In this document: one piece after another, positions 29,301-41,044 of the stretch
Layout of the letters: every line of letters begins with the position of its first letter
How positions within the stretch are numbered: the first letter of the stretch is position 1
Notes under the pieces: generated by a model
Databases searched by the model: none
Seen by the model: only the letters and a program-made list of their open reading frames with translations
What the model was told of the DNA's origin: nothing
Program-made: the position numbers and the translations under genes
Assembly: GCA_002245135.1 (NCBI GenBank)
Contig: NGBS01000583.1
Location: 496,001 to 560,000 of the forward strand
DNA length: 64,000 nt
Direction of reading: 5' to 3'
Source of the DNA: Proteromonas lacertae
Lineage: Eukaryota

Positions 29301-30055
29301 TCGAACCACAATATGATGAAAATGGTAATTTGATTGAAGCAAAGGAAGAAGAAGCTGTAGTTGATGGTGAAGGCAATATGTATGATGAAGAAGGTAATTT
29401 AATTGATGTAGATGGAAATGTGATTGAGCCAGAATTTGAAAATACTGAACCACAGTTTGATGAAGAAGGTAATTTAATTGATGGTGAAGGCAATATAATT
29501 AATCCCCAATATGATGAAAATGGTAATCCAATAGAATATGATGATAATGGAAATATAATCGAAAATCAATATGATGAAGAAGGTAATTTAGTTGATGCCG
29601 AAGGTAATGTAATCGAAGGTGTATATGACGAGAATGGAAATTTAATCGAATATGATGAAAATGGCAATGTTGTAGAAGCTCAATATGATGAAAATGGAAA
29701 TTTAATTGATTCTGAAGGTAATATAATTGATTATGATCAAACTGTAATAGAATATGATGAAAATGGCAATGTTATAGAAGCACAGTTTGATGAAGAAGGT
29801 AATTTAATTGAGGGTCAATATGATGAGAATGGTAATTTAATAGATTCAGAGGGTAATATTGTAGAACAACAATATGATCAAGAAAATAATGTAATTAACC
29901 AACAGGAAGATGAAAATCAAGATACTGTTGAAAGTAAATCACCAAAACTATCTTTATCATCGAATTCTCCAAATTTTCCTCAAAATAACATTCCTGTAGA
30001 AGTGAAAGAGAATAATGAAGGTATTAATAACGATAATATTGATGATATGTTATAA
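23349..30055 (+). CDS. Kinesin-14-like motor with coiled coil, 4 IQ-like motifs and a long acidic repetitive tail
   Basis: KGNISVYVRVRP neck, AYGQTGSGKT, NDVSSRSH, LVDLAGSE, HIPYRNSKLT. IQSLYRGKKAR once and IESLYRGNKAR three times. Two short 5' introns (23351-23378, 23452-23482). Confidence 0.9.
26489..26793 (+). repeat. 117-nt tandem repeat encoding IQ-like motifs (about 2.6 copies)
   Basis: AATAAAAGTGCAATTAAGATTGAATC recurs at 26489, 26606 and 26723. Confidence 0.9.
27053..27142 (+). repeat. (GAAGGA)15 coding hexamer repeat, poly-EG
   Basis: Perfect hexamer array read directly from the sequence. Confidence 0.95.
29015..29074 (+). repeat. (GAAGGA)10 coding hexamer repeat, poly-EG
   Basis: Perfect hexamer array read directly from the sequence. 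Confidence 0.95.
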
Positions 30056-30206
30056 TTAATAAGTCTATCGTCACTTATTTGAATAAAATATGTGTAATAT
30101 GTGTGTGTTAAGCAGGAAAATGAAATTTTAACTAATCTCAAACATTATTCGAGCTTTTTATTTTTTTATAATCTGTTACACATATTTCTACTTGTTTTAT
30201 GATATC

Positions 30207-30446
30207 ATGAATGCTTCAGTAGATTCAAAGGATGCTAATGACTCAGCTAAAGAAGCCAGTCCTCAGAAACCTCAAGAAATAAAAAATGAAGAAAGACAAA
30301 GAGCTTCATCTATGCCTGCTATCCATATCCTTCAAAATATGAATCCAAATTTATTTATGCCTAATCTTCAGCAACGCCCAAGACGTAAAAGTAAATTTGA
30401 TGATTTATTAGAATCAAAAATGTATGTAGATGGTGAAGATTTTTAG
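30207..30446 (+). CDS. Small hypothetical protein (~79 aa)
   Basis: ATG-initiated hydrophilic ORF, less AT-rich than its flanks. No recognisable domain. Confidence 0.5.
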   Translation: MNASVDSKDANDSAKEASPQKPQEIKNEERQRASSMPAIHILQNMNPNLFMPNLQQRPRRKSKFDDLLESKMYVDGEDF

Positions 30447-30560
30447 TCTTACAATTCTCTTTTATTCTATTATTTTATTATTTTTTATTTCATATATATT
30501 AGAAGATTTTTTGTTGGTTTACATGAATAACACAAATTTATAAAAATATTAGTATAAAAA

Positions 30561-31422
30561 TTACTCCTTTTTAACTTTCTTTGGTAAAACATATGTATTA
30601 ACAAAGAATCTTGAGAATAAGACAATCATTGTTATCATATACCCTACCATAAGGTAATTTAACCATGTTGGTAATCCACAGCCATATTTATATCCAAGTA
30701 TAGATTGTACAGCAATTAATATGAATTGTATTAACTGAATTACAGTAATTGATTTCTTAACAAAAACTGGTAATTTTATTCCCATTCCAGTAATTAAATA
30801 ATAACTGTACATTATCACATGAACTGAAGAATTCAACATAACTGGTAAAATTATATCACCTGTGATTGTGTAAGTTAATAAATATAATGAAACAAATGTA
30901 ATTGATGAATGGTGGTATATGTGTAAGAATGATATTTGATGAGCTGATTTTCGTAATATCATAATGAAAGTATCACAATATTCCCAGAATTTTTGCATAT
31001 AGAATATATATTGAGCCTAAATCATTAAATATAACAATCTATACAAAAACTAGCTGTTTTACTTCAGGTCTTGAGAAATCAAAATTATTACAATAAAATT
31101 TAAAATCCTTTTCAGTTAAAGCGAATCTTATACTGTGATAACTGCAATAACTAGCTAACAAAAAACATGAAATATTGTAGTATGGCATGTATGGTTTTAA
31201 GTTAACAGGTTTTCTATTTCTCATTAAATACAACAAGAGTAATATTGTTGAGAAATAAAACACATTAAATGCAATGCATGTTGGCAAATTCAAAAAAGGA
31301 ATGATTGGTTGTGTATTACCTACGGAATGTTACAAAATTAAAATACTGGCAACTCTTTCTTTGTATAATTCGAAAGATTCTTGCATACTTTTGTTAAATG
31401 TCTCTGTAAATGTTGAAAACAT
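30561..31422 (-). CDS. Fatty acid elongase (ELO/GNS1 family)
   Basis: KFWEYCDTFIMILRK, HIYHH His box, NSSVHVIMYSYY, ITVIQLIQF, C-terminal KKVKKE ER-retrieval-like signal. Two introns. Confidence 0.93.
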
Positions 31423-31681
31423 TATTGTTTCTGCTAGAGATGAGATTACGTAAGAGAGTGAAAATTACGTCTTTTTAAACACAAACATGTTCGATGTGAT
31501 AGTCCAACCATACACTATCATTTTACGAGTTATTTTGAAGTTTAAAAAAGGTGAAACCATGATGGATGTGTATTTTACTTCATAAAATAATAATGAGATA
31601 GATAATTTAATAAAAATACAAATGTCAAAATAGAATTGCAAGCTTTATCAAACATCGTTTTTTATTTATTTCTCAGTTTTG

Positions 31682-33315
31682 ATGGTATTAAACTTCATGT
31701 AATACAATAGGAATATGCTGGAGATATAGAACATGGATTAAGGCATGGTATATATATTTTATTTTATATTTTAGGCAAAGGCGAGTATTATTATCCGGGA
31801 GGATACTTCAGTTATAATGGTGATTGGGTCAATGGAATTAAATCTGGTATAAAATATCATTCTATATTACTTATACCAGGTCATGGGATATTTAAACTTG
31901 GTGATGATAGTACAATAGAAGCTGATTTTATTAATGGAGAGATTATGGGTCCAGGAGTAAGGGAATGGAAGGATGGAAGTAGATTTGAGGGAGAGTTTAT
32001 AGAAGGTGAAATGAATGGTCATGGCATTTTAAAGTTAGCTACAGGAGAAGTATTCGAAGGAGACTTCAAAAATAATAAAAGAGAAGGACAAGGAAAGTTA
32101 GAATATCCAAATGGAGATAAATATGAAGGAGAATTCAAAAAGAATATGCCTGATGGATATGGAGAATTAGATTATAGTAATGGAGATATATATATAGGTA
32201 ATTGGTTAGCAGGTAAACCACATGGTGAAGGATCTTTAAAATGGAATAATGGTGATTCATATGAAGGTGAATGGAAGAATGGAAAGAAAAATGGGCATAT
32301 ATTATATATTATATATTATATTTAATAGACATGGTAAATTCTTTTATTCTGACATTAATTTCGAATATGATGGTGAATGGGTAGATGATCAACCTAGTTG
32401 TATTATTATTGTTATTATTAATATATATATTATAGCATCTGCAACTGGAATATGGGTGAATTTACCATTATATTTATCATTATTAAATCATGGTCCAATT
32501 AATCCATTTACTGCATATCTAATAGATTCTGAGGATGAAAATATAACTCTAATTCCAGAAGATCCAGTTAATTGTAATGAAAATATGCAAATGAATAAAT
32601 TCCCAGAAGATAAAATAGAAGGTGGAGGAGAAGAAGTGACAGAAAAAGAAGAAGTTAAAGAAGAGAAAAAAGACAAGAAAAAAGATAATAAAAAACAAGA
32701 GAAGAAAGAAGAAGTAGTAGAAGAAGAACAGCCACCACCAGTTGATATGAAATTAGTATTAACAGAGAAAGGAAGATTATTCAAACTAACAATGTGGAAA
32801 GTATATTAATTAATAATTATTAATAGGTTAAAGAAGAAAATACAGAAAATGAAGAAAATGGTGATGATAATAGAGAACAAGTGGAATTTGTATTATTACC
32901 TGAAGGAGTTGAAGATATTCCACCACCAGTGGCAGATAAGAAGAAAAAAGCACCTCCAAAACCAAAGGCAAAATCAAAGAAAGGTAAGACTAGTCCATCA
33001 CCAGAACCGGTTGCTGAGGAAATTATTCCTGATTTAGAACCTATTTTAGAACATATTCTACCAGTTATAGATGGTAAATGTGAATTTCCTAAGATTAGAA
33101 TGTGTCATAAATCCTCAACTGGTTATTATTATTTGAAAATTGAAGATCAAATTACTATGGATGAGTTGAAGATTAATCCAATTGAAGTGAAAATAGAGTA
33201 TTTTGATGAGAAAGAATTGGCAACTCTTCAAAAAGAAAGAGAGAAGAAGAAAAAAGAACTTGAAAAACAAATGAAAGCTGCAGCTGCTGCAGCTAAAAAG
33301 AAAAGTAAAAAGTAG
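31682..33315 (+). CDS. MORN-repeat protein (MORN1-like N-terminus) with charged C-terminal region
   Basis: Repeated YEGEWK.GK..G.G units after splicing (YAGDIEHGLRHGKGEYYY...GEIMGPGVREW). Start position is tentative. Confidence 0.8.
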
Positions 33316-33495
33316 AATTAGTATAAAATATATTAATAATTCTTTTATTTAATTTGATATGTTTTGAATTTGATAGAAATTGGATTGATTGAAGCATTGA
33401 ATAGATATAACACAATAAAAACATTGGGTTTAGTATTTTTTGAAAATTTTGAATAACCAAGATTTTAAAATTATTAATAAAATACTTAATACAGA

Positions 33496-34897
33496 ATGTC
33501 CGAAGAAGAAAACAGTATAACAACTACATCAGAAGATGATAATTCAGATGACGGTGAAAGTGAAAACGAAGAATCAGTAACAAGTGAAAATGAAGAAGAT
33601 TTCGATGATTCTGATATGGATGATTTTGTCCTAAATAATACTCTTTTAAATAATCCATTAATTAGAGATCTACATAATACATTAGGTGAGTTAATCTCAT
33701 TAGAGAATTTAACACAAGATAGAGAAGCTACACATCTAAATCATGAAGAATTAGCATCATTAGGACCTCCAGAAGAAGCCGAATACTTGGGAGAATTTAA
33801 TGAAGAGGAAGAAACAATAAAAATAGATTTAAACAAAAAATATACATTACCTTCTTGTATATATTTTGATAGAAGAATAATAATGTATCCTGGTATTGAG
33901 ATACCATTAATGATTAGACATCCTGAAGAGATAAATAGTATATAAATATATTACTATAATGAAATAGCAATAAATCAAAGTATGATTCATTACAAAGGAT
34001 TATTGTTAATGTATTATGGAGAAATATCTCGAATAGTCTCAATATTACAGATTAAGAAATTAAATAGAGTATATATGTTGATATATTAATTGTCATAGGA
34101 TAATGGCAATGTGAGATGTATATGTGAGAGTATTGGTAGAGGAAGAATATTAGAAAGAAGAGAGAATAGTGATAATCATCAGTTATTCTTCGTTATTGAA
34201 CCAATGATAGATTGTGATTATGAATTGTCAGTAACAAATAAACCAAGTATAAAATATTTATAATATTTTTTTATTATTTTATTATCATTATGTTTAGATA
34301 AATTGTCACTTGTAAATCCAATTATATATCCTCCTGGAATCGTTAATGTATATAACAAAATAGAAAAGATGGTTAATTTAATTGTATATTGAATATTTTA
34401 TTTCTCATTTAATATAGAATAAAACTGAAAGTATATGTCGATTTGATTATAAAAATGTTACAGAATTTTCATTTTTACTATCACATCATTTTCCTCTTAA
34501 TAAATCAATAAAAATGAAGTTGTTTGAATGTGGAAGTACAAGTGAAAGATTACTAATATTAAGTGAAAATATTTCTTCATCAATGAATTTAATTTGTAGT
34601 GATTGTGAAAGTGAGATAGGAAATATGCGTGATGGAATATCCTTAAAGCACAACATATTTGCCAATCTTTATGGATGTGTATTCAACTTATACTGTGTAA
34701 GTTCAATTTCTGCTTCCATTTTCATAACTGGCCCAGTTAGTACTCAGAATTGTTGGTTCAGTGGCTATTTTTACAAGTATTTGCATTGTTTATGTGGGAA
34801 ACACTTGGGTTGGGTGTATTATGCTTATTCTTCTTCAAAAGAACCTCAAAGATTCTATGGGATAATTCGTGATGAAGTGGTATTAGAACAAGAATGA
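33496..34897 (+). CDS. CRBN: Cereblon-like protein (acidic N-terminus, Lon-N-like domain, CULT zinc domain)
   Basis: IIMYPGIEIPL Lon-N motif, HHFPL...K..LFEC.STSERL, CULT motif CSDC...NLYG...WFSGY...C.CGKHLGW.Y. Four GT-AG introns keep the frame. Confidence 0.78.
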
Positions 34898-35021
34898 TAA
34901 AAGTAAATAAATATTGTATATAAGCAATGAATTTTGTGAAAAAAAGAGTTAAAATGAAAAGCCATAAAATAATTCATATGAATGAATAATATATTTAAAA
35001 ATAAAAATAAAGTAAATTTTC

Positions 35022-35170
35022 ATACTTACCTGGCAGGGGCATGGTTGTGAACAAGCAGACAACTGTCCTAGGGGGGAGCGGGCCATTGCACTCAGGCGTC
35101 CGTAAACCTTTAGTGTTATCACCGCTTGCGGGTTAACACACTGCATAATTTTTGGTAGGACTAAAAGTCC
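35022..35170 (+). ncRNA. U1: U1 spliceosomal snRNA, copy 1
   Basis: 5' ATACTTACCTGG, helix H (GCAG/CTGC), SL1, SL2 loop ATTGCAC (U1A site), SL3, Sm site AATTTTTGG, terminal hairpin GGACT-AAA-AGTCC. GC-rich island in AT-rich DNA. Confidence 0.95.
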
Positions 35171-35266
35171 AAAAATAATAAAATGAAGAAAAGTAACGAC
35201 CAAAATATCTTAAATTAATTACTTTATTTTCTTTCTTTTTTCTTCTTTTACATCATATCTAATTGA

Positions 35267-37014
35267 ATGAATTACTCAAATAGTGGTGCGAAAGTTCGTT
35301 ATGTAGAAGAAGATGAAGATAGTTCAGGAGACGAAGGTATTCTTTTACCAAGTTCTTGTTCTATGACACCCTCTACTCCTAGTGTTAATATTCCAATGCC
35401 TTTTAATCTTGTATATTTTATATGATTGTTATTTGTTTTGTTTTTAGACTCATTGTCCAGTTTCTAGTTTTCGAGTATATATTTGTTGAATAATGTTTGA
35501 TTAGTTTATTGCTTTACTGTCACTAAAACCAACAAGTGTAGTATATCAGACTAAAGTGGATGAAAAAGACAAAGTGTTAAAATTAGTGAGTGTAGCAGGT
35601 TTGAAAGAAGAGAATATTGATAACTATGTATAAACATATAATGTGATAATGTAAAATATATAGATAGAAAAGTGTAAAAAAGCTAAGAATAGTGTTTTGA
35701 GTGAGTTATCAGTGAGTTATATAAAAGAAGACTATTTATTGTTTATAACAATGCCTTATTATCGATGTGGAAGTTTAGAACATGTAAAATTTGATTTATT
35801 ACTTGGAAACAATGAAGATATTTATAATATATTAAATCAAATTTGTGAAGGAATAAAATACTTAAATGAAATAAATGAGATTCATAACAATATAAAACCA
35901 AGTAATATTTTATTAGAGAATGAGAGTAGAATCTATTTGAGTGATGGCAATAAGAATGTGTTATATAAAGATAGTATATATTATCCATCGATAGATACAA
36001 TCGAATATTCAAGTCCCGAGAATCTAAAGAATGAAGAAATGAGTAACAAAAGTGATATTTGGAGTATTGGATGTATAATGTTATACATTTACAGTGGTGG
36101 ATGTAATCCTTTTAATAATGAAAGTTATAATATATTAATAAACTCGATAATAAATGGAAATCACATTCGATTAAAAGGTAAAAACAATGAACAATTGAAT
36201 GATATAATCGATCATTTAATCAATATAAATCCTAAAAATCGATATAATATAAATGATCTAATTGAAAAATTAAAGTCAACGATTCGATATTTACCAGTTT
36301 ATATTCCTGAATGTCCATCTATAAAAAGTGAAGACAAAGTAATTCGAAGAAAACAAAAATTCAATTCAACAATAAGTGAGACTTTATCTCAATCATTGAA
36401 TATAAGTGATACAATCAATACAACGAATGATTTAACAATCGATCAAGTGAAATCTTTATTAGATAGTAATATAGATGAAAATACGGTGAATATAATAATC
36501 AGTAATCGTCGAATTGTAGGTCAATTAGTTCGAGAATATAATCGAAAGACTGAAGATAAATTGTTTTATTTATTTGTGAAAATCGCTTATTTAGTTCCAA
36601 ATATGAAAAGTAAATTATTGAGTGATTTTAAATTAGATTTGAGTAATAATCAATTTCACAGTAAATTGTTTAAATGCTTAAATGAAGAAAAAGGTTTTTC
36701 ATTGATTTGGGCTAATCTAAGTAGTAGTGATTTAAAGAATCTTTGTGATCACTTCTATATGTTTCCATCATTAATTAAACTGGATTTATCTTGTATGATA
36801 TATATATATATATATATATATATACTATAATATTGTATAAATAGACAATGATATAGATGATGAAGCATTAAGCTACTTGAAAGTACATCTTGACTATCTA
36901 CCTAATCTGAGTAGTTTAAATCTGAAACGAAACAAGAAAATAACAGATAAATCTATAATTGACGAGATAAAATCGAGTTATCCTTCAATTGAAATTCAGA
37001 GTGATTTGTTATAA
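35267..37014 (+). CDS. Pseudokinase with C-terminal LRRs, copy 1 (5 exons)
   Basis: HNNIKPSNILL (catalytic Asp absent), SDGN in place of DFG, YSSPE, SDIWSIG. LRRs LIKLDLSYNDIDD and LSSLNLKRNKKIT appear after splicing the intron at 36793-36844. Confidence 0.85.
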
Positions 37015-37148
37015 CTATTATTGTATAATTACTATATTTTGAGATGAATATGTTGAATTATTAAAAAATGAAGAGTTGGTGCAATTATTTATTCAAAATT
37101 TTTCATAAACCCATTTCTTATTCGTTTTAATTTTTCATTTGAAAAGCT

Positions 37149-38802
37149 ATGGTTAAGAGAAGAAAATTATTTTATGAAAATTGTACTATTTATTCTGTAT
37201 ATAATCAACACCCCAAAAAGATTGCTGTAGTTCTAGAAGCTAATGGAAATTGCTACCAGTTTATCAATTCAGAAGGAGAAATATGTAAGAAGTTGATAAA
37301 ATGTGCAGAGTGTCATCATAGGCCATATTTGAAAGATATACTAGAATTTAGAAATTTATATACTAATTTGCCAGTCTTATATACTGAAAATTCGAAACAT
37401 CCTAACATTCGTAATGTAGAATGTAAAAAGTTAATGTGGAGATGCACTCGAACCAATTGTGAATATGAAATAAAATATCCAATATTAAGATCATCCGAAG
37501 GATTGGCAAGAATCCATCTTACTGAAACTTGTAAAGAGATGCTGGTAGAATCTCCAATAATGTGTAAAATAAACGGTAGATATTATTATTATCCAATACA
37601 ACAGAATGTTTCATTAGAATCAATACCAGATAATTATAAAGCTTTATTTGCACTTTATTTTGCATGTATTTTATTATTATTATTGTGATTTTATATATAT
37701 AGTGAAGGATTGTCAAGTAAATGAGTTAAATGAATATATCGAAACACCATTATTAAAAAACACATGTAAATATGAAATAAAATTCAATACTGGTGAAGAA
37801 GATTGTTTGGATTGTTTTAATCTATTAAATACTGAATACTATATGAATAAAAACAAAGAAATGTTATTATTAATTGATGAAATTGATGATAAAATATACA
37901 GAGTTAATTTGGATGAATATAAAATTAAAAGTGTTGAAGTTACAGTAAAGAATTCATTTTTATATTTTAAATATGATGGAATGTTATTTGTAGTATATAC
38001 AACTCCAGAAAAATATTACACATTTCATAAACATAGTATACCATCGAAAGTACAATTATTTGATAACTCATTATTTGATATTAATGAGATTATCATTCAT
38101 ATATTTTCCTTATATTCATTTAACGAAGAGATATTAAAGAAAAGGTTTGAAGTAGATGATCCAAAGAATGCTTATTTAGATTATCCAATTTATAATGATG
38201 TAATCTTTAGAAAGGATAAAATAGAAGGTGATACACATTCTATGCTATCTTCATTTGATTATTCTTCGTCACTTATACCATCGTCATCATTAAAATACTT
38301 AGAAGAAAAAGAAAAAGAGAAAGAGAAAGAATCAAAGCAATCATTTAGAATTCTTGAATGTCAAAATGTTCCCCGTGTTGGTGAGTTTATATTATATTCC
38401 AATAAGTCAATAAGAGTATTATTTCGTGATAGATGTCTACTAAGAATGAATAATAACACTAATATAGTGAATATGATATTACCAAATGCAAAACAAGTTG
38501 AAATGTTAATTGAAGAAGGATATTATACCTATCCACAGTATATTAAACCAACAATAGAGTTTCAAACATGGGTATCTAGAACACCTGAAGAAAGAGAAAA
38601 CATAGCCAAAATGGAATATGAAAGAGAGAAAATGGTTAATGATACAATTGAAGAGAATAGATTGTTTTTACTGAAGAATAGTAAAGAAAAGAAAATAACA
38701 GGTGATATTTTAAAAAATATGTCAAATAGAGAATTGAAACAGTATTTTAATAAAACTCAAAAAGAAATAAAGGATTATATGGATTATTTAGATAGAAAAT
38801 AG
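37149..38802 (+). CDS. Hypothetical protein resembling C5orf34 (DUF4524/DUF4520-like); single-copy spacer gene of the inverted repeat
   Basis: Two exons joined by a GT-AG intron near 37666-37702. The C-terminal VPRVGEFILYSNKSIRVLFRDRCLL resembles remembered DUF4520 consensus. Confidence 0.5.
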
Positions 38803-38927
38803 TCATTTATAACTAATCTTGTGTAATTTTGTTAATCTTCTGTTATTAATCAACATCAACATAAAATATTTACAATATTATGTTAATAAGCACATAATAA
38901 TATAATATTACCGGTTTAATGGAATTT

Positions 38928-40675
38928 TTATAACAAATCACTCTGAATTTCAATTGAAGGATAACTCGATTTTATCTCGTCAATTATAGATTTATCTGTT
39001 ATTTTCTTGTTTCGTTTCAGATTTAAACTACTCAGATTAGGTAGATAGTCAAGATGTACTTTCAAGTAGCTTAATGCTTCATCATCTATATCATTGTCTA
39101 TTTATACAATATTATAGTATATATATATATATATATATATATATCATACAAGATAAATCCAGTTTAATTAATGATGGAAACATATAGAAGTGATCACAAA
39201 GATTCTTTAAATCACTACTACTTAGATTAGCCCAAATCAATGAAAAACCTTTTTCTTCATTTAAGCATTTAAACAATTTACTGTGAAATTGATTATTACT
39301 CAAATCTAATTTAAAATCACTCAATAATTTACTTTTCATATTTGGAACTAAATAAGCGATTTTCACAAATAAATAAAACAATTTATCTTCAGTCTTTCGA
39401 TTATATTCTCGAACTAATTGACCTACAATTCGACGATTACTGATTATTATATTCACCGTATTTTCATCTATATTACTATCTAATAAAGATTTCACTTGAT
39501 CGATTGTTAAATCATTCGTTGTATTGATTGTATCACTTATATTCAATGATTGAGATAAAGTCTCACTTATTGTTGAATTGAATTTTTGTTTTCTTCGAAT
39601 TACTTTGTCTTCACTTTTTATAGATGGACATTCAGGAATATAAACTGGTAAATATCGAATCGTTGACTTTAATTTTTCAATTAGATCATTTATATTATAT
39701 CGATTTTTAGGATTTATATTGATTAAATGATCGATTATATCATTCAATTGTTCATTGTTTTTACCTTTTAATCGAATGTGATTTCCATTTATTATCGAGT
39801 TTATTAATATATTATAACTTTCATTATTAAAAGGATTACATCCACCACTGTAAATGTATAACATTATACATCCAATACTCCAAATATCACTTTTGTTACT
39901 CATTTCTTCATTCTTTAGATTCTCGGGACTTGAATATTCGATTGTATCTATCGATGGATAATATATACTATCTTTATATAACACATTCTTATTGCCATCA
40001 CTCAAATAGATTCTACTCTCATTCTCTAATAAAATATTACTTGGTTTTATATTGTTATGAATCTCATTTATTTCATTTAAGTATTTTATTCCTTCACAAA
40101 TTTGATTTAATATATTATAAATATCTTCATTGTTTCCAAGTAATAAATCAAATTTTACATGTTCTAAACTTCCACATCGATAATAAGGCATTGTTATAAA
40201 CAATAAATAGTCTTCTTTTATATAACTCACTGATAACTCACTCAAAACACTATTCTTAGCTTTTTTACACTTTTCTATCTATATATTTTACATTATCACA
40301 TTATATGTTTATACATAGTTATCAATATTCTCTTCTTTCAAACCTGCTACACTCACTAATTTTAACACTTTGTCTTTTTCATCCACTTTAGTCTGATATA
40401 CTACACTTGTTGGTTTTAGTGACAGTAAAGCAATAAACTAATCAAACATTATTCAACAAATATATACTCGAAAACTAGAAACTGGACAATGAGTCTAAAA
40501 ACAAAACAAATAACAATCATATAAAATATACAAGATTAAAAGGCATTGGAATATTAACACTAGGAGTAGAGGGTGTCATAGAACAAGAACTTGGTAAAAG
40601 AATACCTTCGTCTCCTGAACTATCTTCATCTTCTTCTACATAACGAACTTTCGCACCACTATTTGAGTAATTCAT
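38928..40675 (-). CDS. Pseudokinase with C-terminal LRRs, copy 2
   Basis: Mirror of 35267-37014 with identical 377-aa ORF translation and introns retained. Confidence 0.85.
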
Positions 40676-40771
40676 TCAATTAGATATGATGTAAAAGAAG
40701 AAAAAAGAAAGAAAATAAAGTAATTAATTTAAGATATTTTGGTCGTTACTTTTCTTCATTTTATTATTTTT

Positions 40772-40920
40772 GGACTTTTAGTCCTACCAAAAATTATGCA
40801 GTGTGTTAACCCGCAAGCGGTGATAACACTAAAGGTTTACGGACGCCTGAGTGCAATGGCCCGCTCCCCCCTAGGACAGTTGTCTGCTTGTTCACAACCA
40901 TGCCCCTGCCAGGTAAGTAT
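40772..40920 (-). ncRNA. U1: U1 spliceosomal snRNA, copy 2
   Basis: Reverse complement of copy 1 (plus strand reads ...CCAGGTAAGTAT ending at 40920). Confidence 0.95.
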
Positions 40921-41044
40921 GAAAATTTACTTTATTTTTATTTTTAAATATATTATTCATTCATATGAATTATTTTATGGCTTTTCATTTTAACTCTTTT
41001 TTTCACAAAATTCATTGCTTATATACAATATTTATTTACTTTTA

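Larger units (their letters stand above)
26993..29727 (+). repeat. Intragenic direct duplications in A-B-B-A order (A ~26993-27837 and ~28952-29727; B ~28140-28550 and ~28611-29014)
   Basis: Near-identical nucleotide and peptide blocks. B copies are offset by 471 nt. A2 lacks one 14-aa unit and has fewer EG repeats. Confidence 0.9.
34582..37014 (+). repeat. Left arm of 2,433-bp inverted duplication
   Basis: Position x pairs with 75942-x at every landmark checked. Mirrored ORFs of 377, 89 and 84 aa are identical in the ORF track. Confidence 0.97.

Noticed and set aside
25152..29493. Many minus-strand ORFs rich in S/F/L (also near 47100-48760 and 61030-61740)
   Set aside because: These are shadow frames of low-complexity GAA/GAT-rich coding sequence on the opposite strand.
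27150..29880. CRISPR-like or RHS/YD-repeat interpretation of the periodic sequence
   Set aside because: The repeats are in-frame peptide units in a eukaryotic exon, with no unique spacers, cas genes or RHS core.
34949..35203. 84-aa ORF and its mirror at 40739-40993
   Set aside because: It is antisense to the U1 snRNA and is open only because U1 is GC-rich.
35531..35550. U2 snRNA-like AAGTGTAGTAT
   Set aside because: It lies in a pseudokinase coding exon with no U2 stems or Sm site around it.
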